64,000 nucleotides of DNA. Origin: Pecten maximus (lineage: Eukaryota). A program made the translations under genes and the position numbers. Every line of letters starts with the position of its first letter. Position 1 is the stretch's first letter. Under the pieces are notes generated by a model, which ran no database searches, was not told the DNA's origin, and saw nothing but the letters and a program-made list of their open reading frames with translations. Shown piece after piece: positions 39,525 through 50,812 of this stretch. The stretch covers positions 6,758,001 through 6,822,000 of the forward strand of contig NC_047025.1 in NCBI RefSeq assembly GCF_902652985.1, in the 5' to 3' direction.

Positions 39525-42500
39525 ACAATACGATCAAACTGCTGTGGAATACAACATATCTTCTTCTCGGGCTTTCCAGTGCCGCACTTAACAAATAACA
39601 GAGTAGATGGTTTTAAGAGGGACAGATTGATATAAATATTTGATCTTTTTTGATGAATCCTTGTCCTTATGTTTGTATTTTATGTTAACAAAGAATTAAA
39701 ATGAAAATTGATATGTTTTAACAGAAGAGAAACCTCTGCTGATCCTGTAATTGGCCCCGAAATACATTGCTTCTAATGAACTTAAATGAGATTCAGCAGT
39801 CATAATTTTTCTCCGCTCATTCAAGGGTTCCAAAGCGATGCAAATAACAAGTATATTTCGATTTCGAAACAAAATGAAATAATATTTCTATTCAGCGCAA
39901 AACTATTTCCAAAAACGCTTAATGATATTTAAAAAAGGGGGAAAAGAAATATTAAAAAAAAACGGAATATTATTTCAATAAAACGGAGAAAAAATTGCTA
40001 AAGACATCAGTAAAACGCTTCGTATCAATGCGATATAATGGCAACATCAAAGAACACAACAACTATGCATGCTCTATATAGGACAACGCCAAGTTACAAA
40101 AGAAATATCATAAATGGAGTGCTTTGTTAATTCTCCGTGCCCATTTACACCAATTTGTATCAACTGCTTTCACGGAAAAAAGAGCCTTTTAACCTTTTGA
40201 CGATGTTAAGGTTCACATATACATATCATAACATTATGGCTCGCCTGATCGCAGGAAACTTAGATAAATTACCATCAAATTAACTGACAAATTATCGATC
40301 CAATTTCCATATCTAATTTTGGAAAATATCACCACTAATGGTTTTTACTTGCAATGTATTGCTATAATATATTTCATTACGAAAGGTAGATATCATCAAT
40401 AAACTTTATGCAGATTGTTTGTTCACATGCAGACAATTCTATACAAGTAATGTATCGAGTGTACGAACGTTGTATAGCTGCAGGCTTATTGTATCAACGT
40501 TCCACGCAAAGACCATCTAGCGATGGTAAAGTTAATGTACCTTCGAAACATTCCCTCTCATCCGAACCAGTATATAAACCATTTAAGTCCTTTTTCGTTA
40601 TCATTAACAATTGCATTTTATTTTAATAGAAGAAATCAAAAAGAATTAAAACGTTTTTTTTTTTTTATAAAAGGTTGTATTTTACTTAAGTAGTATAACT
40701 TATATATTTTCAACAAATATAACGTCATGAAATATATTGAAATATAAGTATGTAAATATAAATAAATATATAATGAGAAATATCCTTTTCCCACCACGGT
40801 TTCCATTGTCTCTCTCTTCTGACAGGTCGCTGGCTTTCATTTATCCCTATGAGGTGTATACAAGTAGTTTATTGCAAAAGTACTTACAATTCAATTTGAG
40901 AACGCATATGTAGGGTTTAACTGACGACATAAAGACAAAAAAATCATACTTACGTTAAAGATTAAGCTTCATGACGTCGTAAATAAGTATAATGAACCCA
41001 GATGGAAGCGTCATATTTCCAATATATGCACAATTCAGACCATGCTGCCCTGAGCGTGATTGTGTAATGTCTGCGGATAACACCGCTACACTGTATACTA
41101 CTGCCGTGTATGAAATATAGAGACCGACAGCTGTCGTAGTCAATGTGGTATCACATTCCCTCTAGTCGATATATAATAAGGGCTATTAAATTAACACAGG
41201 AATGTTATGGAAATTGAGATTTGTATGGATTGTTTATAGGGTAAAGGCGTCACATTCGTTAAATTGGATCAAATCTTCAAAATATCTTATTAGACATAAT
41301 ATATATATATATATATATTCATAAATCTTGACTTTTTAAAATACATTCATGTACAATATACATATTGTTGTGCAGTTATCTTCTGAGTATTTCATTCGTT
41401 TATTTAGTTTCAATTAATCAATTTCGATTCAGTCTTGTTTTATAAAGAAAATTACTTTTACGAACAGGGACAGTTATTTTTCGGCGAACAATGCCATGCC
41501 TTTTTAAGCTATACGTTACGTATGACTTCGATGAAGTTATTTTCTGTTGTGGTTTGTTTATTTGTTTGTTTGTTTTCTTATTTTTTTAATAAGTTTATTC
41601 TAGCAAAGCCCGGCTTGCATTTTGATGGAGCTATATTTTGACAAGTATTGACGGGTAGCAATAAAGTTATTTTCTGGCAAACCTTCATCGAGTATTCAAG
41701 CGAACAGTCTTTGAGACTTTGATGAAATATATCATGGCGAGCCTTCGTCGAGTCTTTGATGAACTTTTTTTCTGGCGAACCGTTCTCGAAATTATTCATG
41801 AGCTATATATGTTTTAGCGAATCTTCCTGAAATCTTCGATGAATTAGTTTCAGACGAATCATCCTCGAGTCTATGATGAGTTATTTTTGTTTTAGGACTT
41901 TCATGTTTGTTTTTTTTTAAGTATAATTTTTTTATTATTATTCTTGTCAGATTATTTGATGAGTATTTGTTTCTGGTTCCTTTCACCTAAGGTCATAGAG
42001 AGATTTTTTGACCCGTTTGGATCGATCGTTTTTCGTACATAAAACCATGCTCTATCATAATGAAACACCTATTCATATTGATTGTTTTGTTATTAAATTG
42101 AATGTTAAGAGAAACAGAGTGGAACTGATATACTTATATTTTGCTTCCCTCTTTACACACTATTAAATATTCAATATATGTTTCCTTTAGTGTGTCAATG
42201 CATTGCTAATAGTGTCTATATTCTGTATAGACGAACATGCAGGCACTATATTCGCACAAAAGGTTTCGTCATCAATCGTTAATTTACGTTGTTTCGTCTG
42301 ACCAACAAGGGATATACATGACTATCTTAAAGGGAAAATGACTTCTTGTCTTATACACGTACGATCATACTCCAGTACAAAATCTAAATATATTCCCTAC
42401 AATAAGGAGACAACAACCTGATTAGATTTCCTCAACGTAGCCAATTCACGACTTTAAAGCTATTATAAGGCAATATAAATTGTTGGATTAAGTGGCAATA

Positions 42501-42695
42501 TGTCTTCGCAAAATCACTTAAATTATTGATTATTCTCTTCAAGAGTAAAATAAATCGGTCGGTAACGAATAGTGTATTATATTACTCATGCCGGCGAAGG
42601 TTAGATTGTCATAAAAAACGTTGCGAGAAAGTCTGGCGATATTTAAAAGAAATTGCACGATCAGGGACGGATATTGCATGCGACTGATGAATTGC

Positions 42696-43213
42696 GTGTT
42701 AAGTGACTGGCGTGTCACGTGTGAAGTAGCTGAAGTGTCACGTGTAAAGTGACTTACTGCCACGTGTTAAGTAGCTGAAGTGTCACGTGTAAAGTGACTT
42801 ACTGTCACGTGTTAAGTAACTGACGAGTCACGTGTTAAGTGACTGACGTGTCACGTGACTTACGTATCACGTATTAAGTGACTGACGTGTCACGTGTTAA
42901 GTGAATGACGTGTCACGTGTTAAGTGACTGACATGTCATGTGTTAAATGACTGACGTTTCACGTGTTAAGTGACTGACGTGTCATGTGTTAAGTGACTGA
43001 CGTGTCACGTGTTAAGTGACTGACGTGTCACGTGTTAAGTGACTGACGAGTCACGTGTTAAGTGACTGACGTGTCATGTGTTAAATGACTGACGTGTCAC
43101 GTGTTAAGTGACTGACGTGTCACGGGTGAAATAGCTGAAATGTCACGTGTTAAGTGACTGGTATGTCACGTGTTAAGTGACTGGAATGTCACCCGTTAAG
43201 TCACTAACGTGTT
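42696..43213. repeat. 23-bp minisatellite (cacgtgttaagtgactgacgtgt), about 21 copies
   Basis: Visible tandem units. Confidence 0.95.
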
Positions 43214-44660
43214 AGGTAGTGTCAAGAGTGGAACGAATGTTGCAGTGAATAAAGAAACACGTGGAAGTTCAGACACAAATAAGGATGTAAGCAATAATTC
43301 AAACAACTGCATTTCTCTTTGTTACTCCCCAGTGTATTTTATTCTCGTGTATAATGAGTGTCTGGCAATACCACGTGCTCTGTACACGTACATGTCTCGT
43401 TTCTTCTATAGACATTTTACATTGGTAACAAAAGGCGCGGCTTGTTTTGCAAGATCCGGCTCTGTCTGACGGTTCAACGATCGCTTCTAGACTACGTACT
43501 ACTTGTACAGGTTTAGGGGGCACGTGACGATTAAAAACCGTGGCATGGAGTAATCAATATATCAAATATATGACACGAATCAAATTGCCGTACATTTAAC
43601 AGTTACAAGACTGGTCGTAATGTTTCAGTGTAATTCAGACAAAAAAAAAAACAACTTAATACCGATATACGTACTGATGTCTTCTCCACTTTGCTTAATT
43701 CCGAAAATAAACCAATATAACTGTATATATCATAGATTTTTATATAATATTTATACATGCCTAAAATGCCTAAAATGCCTCACCAACATGCAACAATTAT
43801 ATATTAACAGGTTTCATTGACAATGTATTGATCGATGAACTTACACTTTAACTAAACCTACATTAGATTGAATACCATTTCGCACATGAGGGGATCTGCA
43901 GTAGTTTTAATTATGGTTTTCTATATAGTTTTTAATTTGATGAAACCTTAGTCCAAAGTGACAAAACAGTTGACACAGTCACCGAAATAGAAAGGGGAAA
44001 ACGTTGAAATCGCGTCCATCTTGATATAATTAAGAAACGTTCGAAATTAAATTTGTCTGGTTAAATAGAAACCATCTCAGAATAATTATCATTTCGATAA
44101 GATGAGTATACTTTTGTAGTTGTGCTTCTCAAATGACATGTGACGCTGTTGTTTTCCCCCAGCGAACAGACTGACTGTTACCCTCCCAGTCCCCCGGATA
44201 CATTACACAAATAATAAACACTAATTAATGTTCCGAAGCAATTCAATTTGATGACACGTTTATACAACACTCGTTATTATCTGATGTTTCAGTTCTGTAA
44301 AATGCAATCCTATAGAACTAGAAAAAGAAACCGAATGATACATACTGCATGCTATGCAAAACGCATTTGTCTTCCAACAGTGAGTCGTCTTGCAGCAGCT
44401 GGTGGTTCCTACACCGAGCATCTTACATGAGGTCCAAAGCATGGTATCCATAGCGATCTAGAAAACGGAATTTGCCAAGGACACAACCACGACATGGCTG
44501 TCCTCGACATCAGTTTCTTGAGAATGCAAACCGCCCTCTTTAGGAATGAAACCATGCACTTCGGATCTTTTACATTCTATCAACACAATAAGTTTAAGTG
44601 CGATGCCTACAAGAGTCCGACGTAATGGTCAATGTCACTAAGCATTTAGCAGAAGTAAGA

Positions 44661-44864
44661 TTGATTTATTTAACAACAATTGAGAAATCAATCACGCGTG
44701 TTGGCCCTGATGGAGACGTGCGATTGGTCTTACTGTAGGAGGAAACCGGACTACCCGGGTAAAGGGAAACCCACGCGGTCGGGCAAGTTTTTATGTCCGA
44801 TCGGGAAATCGAACCTTGCTGCCTACAGGTGGAAGGCTGGTCCGCTACCACTGCGCCATATCCG
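44661..44864 (-). mobile_element. Second, distinct V-type tRNA SINE family
   Basis: Minus strand: A box TGGCGCAGTGG, B box GGTTCGATTTC, V-domain CCCGGGTAGTCCGGTTTCCTCC. Different 3' tail. Confidence 0.75.
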
Positions 44865-45145
44865 TTCACACTAAATGGTAATCAGACAACATCAGCTAAA
44901 TTTCTGATGACTTTGTTATTTCCATGGCCTGGGATGGTACCAATAGCCTTCTCCCAGAGGAGAGATAGTTCGTTGCTATTTATAACACTTGGTATAGTGT
45001 AATATAAGGAGTCGCAAAGTGTTTAGATTCCGGCAATATTAAATATACTGGTATAATTTAGTTTACCCAAATATTATATAACCCTGCTAAGTATTTATAA
45101 TGTATAAACTATATTACCATCCCATACCATTAAAAAGGACTAAAC

Positions 45146-45538
45146 TGTGTGTTTTATAATATTTGATAATAGTTTAATTTTGCTTGTAACAAGCATTTTC
45201 ATTGGCTCAAAAAATTATGTTATCATATCATAACATAAAAAAATAAACTGTGACGTCAGCGGAGTAATCGTTGTTCACGGGATTTTGTATTGATCGATGC
45301 GTTTTTAGATATCTGGAGCAAAATAAACATGTTAAACTTAATGAAAATGTTTCTTATCGTTGTTAATTAAATTATAAGGGTTAACTGTAATATCTTTTTT
45401 ACGTTATTGAGCAATAACAAGAAAAATTAGGGTGTACTGTTTTCATAAACCGCTTCTTCGCGGTTTATGAAAAGAGTACACCCCAGTTTTTCGTGTTATT
45501 GCTCAATAACGTAAAACAAATATTACAGTTAACCCTTA
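45146..45538. mobile_element. Hairpin-centred palindromic element (Crypton-like, inferred)
   Basis: About 164-bp palindrome 45375-45538 centred on aaaccgcttcttcgcggttt. Left boundary approximate. Confidence 0.6.
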
Positions 45539-46669
45539 AATCTTATATTTGAATAGACATTTCTAAGAATACATGTAATTTACTTGAATGTTTTTTATGT
45601 AATGCTTTTACTTTATAAAAACCAGATCCCACTAAATGCAGTATGTTGCATGAACGGTACATATAAAATGATTATCTCATTCCACAAAATACGTCACGGG
45701 GTAATTTAAAAGGATATTCCTGTTAGTCATCAAATAGAGATACGTCACGTGATACTATTAAGACGCAATAAGTACTTAAACAGATTGTTCTGTACTACGA
45801 AGAACCGCCATGTTTAGCCATAGACCAATTCTACGTCCGTGATTACCTTCCTGTGTAATAAATCATGTGTACTGTCAGGCTGGAAGGCTGTTTGTCTCTT
45901 GATTTATCGATGATTTCACCAAGTCGGAGGGAGGTCCCGAAGGGGTTTATGTTTTAATCATGTATTCCACCAGATAATCAGGTGCAATCAAAAATATATT
46001 TATGATTTACTATAGTAATTATCAAAGACCACAGTGGACATTTTCCATCGAAGTCAAGTAGACATTGTATTACTGTTTGCTTAACTATTGTTGATCTACT
46101 GTTTCATTTCTCTTTGTACGTGCCCGTTACGGGAATGATAAACTTCCTATAATCACTTGGTTTCTATAGAAATAATACGTTAGGCAGTTCCATTCCAAGA
46201 TGTAATGATAATTTGAAGAGTACTATCTGTACCCACTATGATTCGTTTTTGTTAGATTACTATATAATTCGTCTTGTCATCATCCTTCGGCTGGCTCAAT
46301 ACAGCAACATATATACATTTGTATATCCATAGCGGATTGGGCCGACAAATTGGATAAAACTTGTTAAACTATACTGATAAGTGTATTAATTTCTCTGTAA
46401 ATGACCCAATACACATTTACAATCCTAATTTGGAATTGTGCGCCACTTTGGTCTAAATGGCCCGTACATGGTGTGTGATTTTATAATCAGTATCAAAAAG
46501 GGAAAATAACTGGTAATAAACTATTCGAGTCATGAACGAATGAAATTTCAGATGTCAAAGCAGAGATCTCTTTAAATAACTAATATATATAATATAACTT
46601 TCCGTGAGGATACTAACAAACAACAAACCACGGATCACGGTGACCATTCTGAAAACGTACATGTACGTA

Positions 46670-47742
46670 TTTTTAGTTATAATCTTATTCAACGGTACAT
46701 TTATTTTAGTGGTAATCTTATTTTTGTGGTTATTTTATTTAACGGTACATTTATTTTAGCGGTAATCTTATTTTTGTGGTTATCTTATTTTAGTGGTTAT
46801 CTTATTTTAGTGATAATCTTATTTTAGTGGTTATCTTGTTTTAGCGGTACTGCCCTGCAGGTAGGGCGTAAGAATTGTACCTGTTGCCCCCAATTGCATG
46901 ATCGTAAGAGGCGACTAAATTTGGGATCTTATTTTTTCTCTTCTTTTTTTAACAAACTTTCTTCTTCCTAACGTCTCCCTTGACACTGCCTCACTTTTGG
47001 TCTTTAGTTGAGCGTTCGCCCCTGTGAGGAAGGCTTTTGGTTCTGTCCCCTAGCCGAGACATACATGTACCAGAGTCTTAAAAAATGGTAGTTGCTGCTC
47101 CTGCTTAGCGCTCAGTATATTTGGAGTGGGACGACTGGTTTGCCCGTTGTCAGTATAATGTGACCGGGTGGGGTGTGCTGCTGGGTGTCTTCGGCAGTAT
47201 GCTTCAGTGAGATAGCACTTTATTCGGCAAAAGTTCCGGCCTATCACAAGGAGACTTAACACGAACATACCGCAGCCACCCAAAACACACATACGCACCC
47301 ACCACACACATGCATGTCGCACGCACGGGAGGCCGTCCTTAAATGACCTTAGCCGTTAATAGGACGTTAAACAAAATAAACCAAACCAAGTTTTAGCGGT
47401 ATTAAAATCTTATTTTAGCGATAATCTTATCTAAGTGGTAATCCTATTTTAGCGGTAATCTTATTTTTGTGATTATCTTATTTTAGCTGTATCCCATTTT
47501 AGCAGTAATCTAATTTTAGTGGTAATCTTATTTTAGCGGTAAACTTATTTTAGCGATAATCTTATCTAAGTGGTAATCCTATTTTAGCGGTAATCTTATT
47601 TTAGTGGTAATCTTATTTACGCGGTTATCTATTTTAAAGATAATCTTATATTAACGGTTATCTTATTCTAGCGGTAATCTGATTATACCGTTAAACACAT
47701 TTTAGCGGTAATCATATTTTAGCGGCAATTTCATTGTAGCGG
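46670..47742. repeat. About 17-bp AT-rich minisatellite (ttattttagcggtaatc) interrupted by a SINE
   Basis: Tandem units on both sides of 46850-47389. Confidence 0.85.
46850..47389 (+). mobile_element. Composite Meta-type SINE with 5' extension, 12-bp TSD
   Basis: TSD gttttagcggta at 46838-46849 and 47390-47401. Degenerate tRNA boxes at about 46998-47050. Meta-like core aaaaatggtagttgctgctcctgcttagcgctcag...gtcagtataatgtgac. Tail shared with the V-type SINE. Confidence 0.85.
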
Positions 47743-49169
47743 TCCGTAAATCACCTTTGATATAACTGGATCATGGACTATTTTGTAGGAAAACCGCTCA
47801 TGATGGGAAGTTTTATAAAGAGCTTAGGCGTGGGAGATGTCTGTTTTTCATACACAACAAAATGTCAATAGATATTCTGGTTCATTGCGACAGATGTTGT
47901 AGATATTTCGTATTATCTCAGAATAAATGACTTTGGGGAGTAATGATGTCAAATCTAATAACTGATGTTGTCGAGAATGACCATGTTCTGATGTCATTGC
48001 TATTATGGCCTGAAAGTTACCAGGATAGGTTTGTTTGCATCGTATAAGAGACGACTGTTTGAAGGTAATCTTCAGTGGTTACCAGTATGTTGGTGTCATG
48101 ACAAACAATGTAATTGACAATGTTATTGGAATTTACTTTTGGAAGGTATTGTAGGTTATTTATTATCATTTTATTTTTTATTTACTTAGTTATTTATTCA
48201 TGTATTTTTTATTTATTTATTTTTTAATAGAAAACAGTGCAAGTAATTCACACGTGCAGCTATAGAATACATGTACGTATGACGTTTGAATAAAATACTA
48301 TTAAGGTGGGATATATAAGCGTCCGTACAGAATAACGTGTCATTAACATACCGGGAAGGTAAATTATTTATAACAAATTTTATTTATAGGAGAAACATTA
48401 TTGATATATAGGTAGTCCAGGCCCTCGGGGTTTTATTCACGTTCACAGTCACATTCTTAAATGAGAGCTGGTGGTGACAACGGGTTAGTTTTATATTGTT
48501 TAACATCACACCAACAGTTATGGCTATTCAAGGACACAGCGACTACGAAACGAACTAATAGGACAATCAGCAAGCACCAACCACGTCTGACGTCATATCG
48601 CACACAAAAAAAAAAAATATTATTATTTCCTAAATGTTGGCTATTGTCTTTATCAACTATATAAGTATATTAAGATTTAATTGAATTAACGAAAATTCTG
48701 AAATACATGACAACTGGTAATTATTTTCAGATATAATTGACAGGCAGGAGCTGTACTCTTACATGCTTAGGAAGACTGTCAGCATTTGTGCTGATTCCGT
48801 CCGAAATTGTGATTTACGCACATTTAATGCAAAACTTTTAACAAAAGTAGGTTATTGTCTCCAACAATTCCATTACTTTTCGATGATGTTTTAAAACTTA
48901 TTTGATACGTTGCGTACTTTCAATTTGCTAACCACAAAATGTATTCAAAACGACAATAAACCCGTAGTTCTACTCAAAATAAATAACACACCGTTCATTA
49001 TGTAATATCCAGAATTTCTGAGAATCTGGACTTAATAGTTTTTTAATGAAAGCAGTTTCTCAAAAATGTGTCAGTATTGTTACAATCAAACCTAGTATAA
49101 AGTCGCATCGCTATATGGACATGGCCCCATCACAACCAATAGATCAGGTCAACTATAGTATTTTGATGT

Positions 49170-49393
49170 TTGGTTTATTTTTTGTTTTTTTTTTGTTTAA
49201 CGTCCTATCAACAGCCAGGGTCATTTAAGGACGTGCCAGGTTTTGGAGGTGAAGGAAAGCCGGAGTACCCGGAGAAAAACCACCGGCCTAAGGTCAGTAC
49301 CTGGCAACTACCCCACGTAGGTTTCGAACTCGCAATCCAGAGGTGGAGAGCTAGTGATAAAGTGTCGGGACACCTTAACCACTCGGCCACCGC
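49170..49393 (-). mobile_element. V-type SINE, near full length
   Basis: A/B boxes, V-domain and tail present. Confidence 0.9.
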
Positions 49394-50680
49394 CGATTTC
49401 GAGGTATTGTTGGGGTTAACAAGGTAAATTCTCAGAAATCAATATAAGATCTTTATTGCTTCTCCAGTTGACTTACAAATAAGTTTATATCATAAAACAA
49501 GTTGAACAGGTCTGAAATATTTTAGATGAAGATGCAGTTTCATTTCACTTTTGGGGGTTAAAATGCCATATTTAGGTGAATTTTGATGATGAGAAATGCT
49601 TGCTTTTTCTTTCCCAATACATCCATTGATTACACCAATTATGTACAAGGTGTTCCCATGCTAGTACCCTATTAATGTGGAGGTTTGTTTGAGTATTCTT
49701 TAAAAATGCAGAATTTAAACAGACAACACATACCGAAATTAGATGCAGTACAACCAAGTAGGAATTAACTTTATCTTACAGCTGTGTTGCCCTTTCTAGA
49801 TCTCGTCAATGATGCTAAGGGTCAAATTCATTTTTACTTATATCGAGATGGCGGACGAAATGTCAAAATGGTGGATAGGCAGGTGTTATAGTTTCATGTT
49901 TCAAGATTTCCAATATTTTGTTCAATACAGGACCCTATATTTTACGAAATGTACTATTCGTTCATTGCAGCCTGTCGACCAGTTGAATGTTGATTCATTT
50001 GTTTTGATTGACAGGAGACTTCAATCATTCTAATGACGCTGCCGAAATGATACGTTGTTATACTAATTATCAAAGGATATGAACGTTACAAAACCTACTG
50101 ATAACGTCGATGAAACAGTAAATGACAGTACTAGTTTTTCTTTTTTGTTTTTGTTTTGTTTTGTTTATTTTTTTTTTTTTTTTTTTTTAGATTTATTTAT
50201 GAATATATGATATGTATTAACTTTGGTGCACTCACATAACATTTTCAAAACAGCGCAATATTTACCCAAACTACCATTAGGTAAATCTTAATTTAGCAGA
50301 ATAATTTTGGAGAAAAGTGCTACATCAATATTACCACCAGAATATATCCGTTTGCAGTATATAGACGATATACAAAAACAACTGATCTTGTCCACATGTA
50401 AATAAAACCACCTGCTATGTTGTTTTATATTGATTTTTTATGATGATGTGTATTTGTCAAATTGCTGATGGCAATGGAGCCTATTAGCTAAGAGCATCTC
50501 CATCATTATCAACGAGGCGTTTGTTTAACCAAGAGAGGACAGGCGGTAGGAGGCACCTGTCTGACGTCCCAGATCGATTTGCTCCCGGTGTCATGTGTAT
50601 TATCATTTACAGAGTCGCGTCTCGATTTGTGTGTAAGTGTGAGGATAATTATGTAGCTGGACTGGACTGGGTCAATCATC

Positions 50681-50812
50681 GGTGACCAGGTAGCTCATTT
50701 GGTAGAGCATCCGGCTAGTGTTCGGAGGTCTCGGGGTTCGAACCCCGGTCTGACCGCTATATTTTCTCCTCTCCTGTCCTGTTACAAATTGGCGCCCAAC
50801 TAATTAAATACC
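50681..50812 (+). mobile_element. tRNA-containing LTR end plus PBS (TRIM/Helenus-like miniature LTR element, truncated)
   Basis: tRNA-like fold (TAGCTCATTTGGTAGAGC; anticodon arm tccgg-CTAGTGT-tcgga; GGTTCGAACC), then LTR end ...CCTGTTACA (50786) and PBS TGGCGCCCAAC (50790-50800). Confidence 0.7.

Noticed and set aside
38350-39635. 170-222 aa ORFs on both strands
   Set aside because: Artefacts of a 39-bp stop-free unit. They are open on both strands, have a frameshift near 39035, and the unit is SINE-derived.
44381-44625. Frame with a single in-frame TGA (selenoprotein?)
   Set aside because: No Cys/Sec redox motif or SECIS seen. Chance or an ancient LINE remnant.
46670-47742. TTTAGCGGT core shared with the 6.2-kb array
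   Set aside because: Only 9 bp of an AT-rich match, insufficient to infer common origin.
50684-50757. Functional tRNA-Thr gene
   Set aside because: The acceptor stem is degenerate and it lies within an LTR/PBS context.
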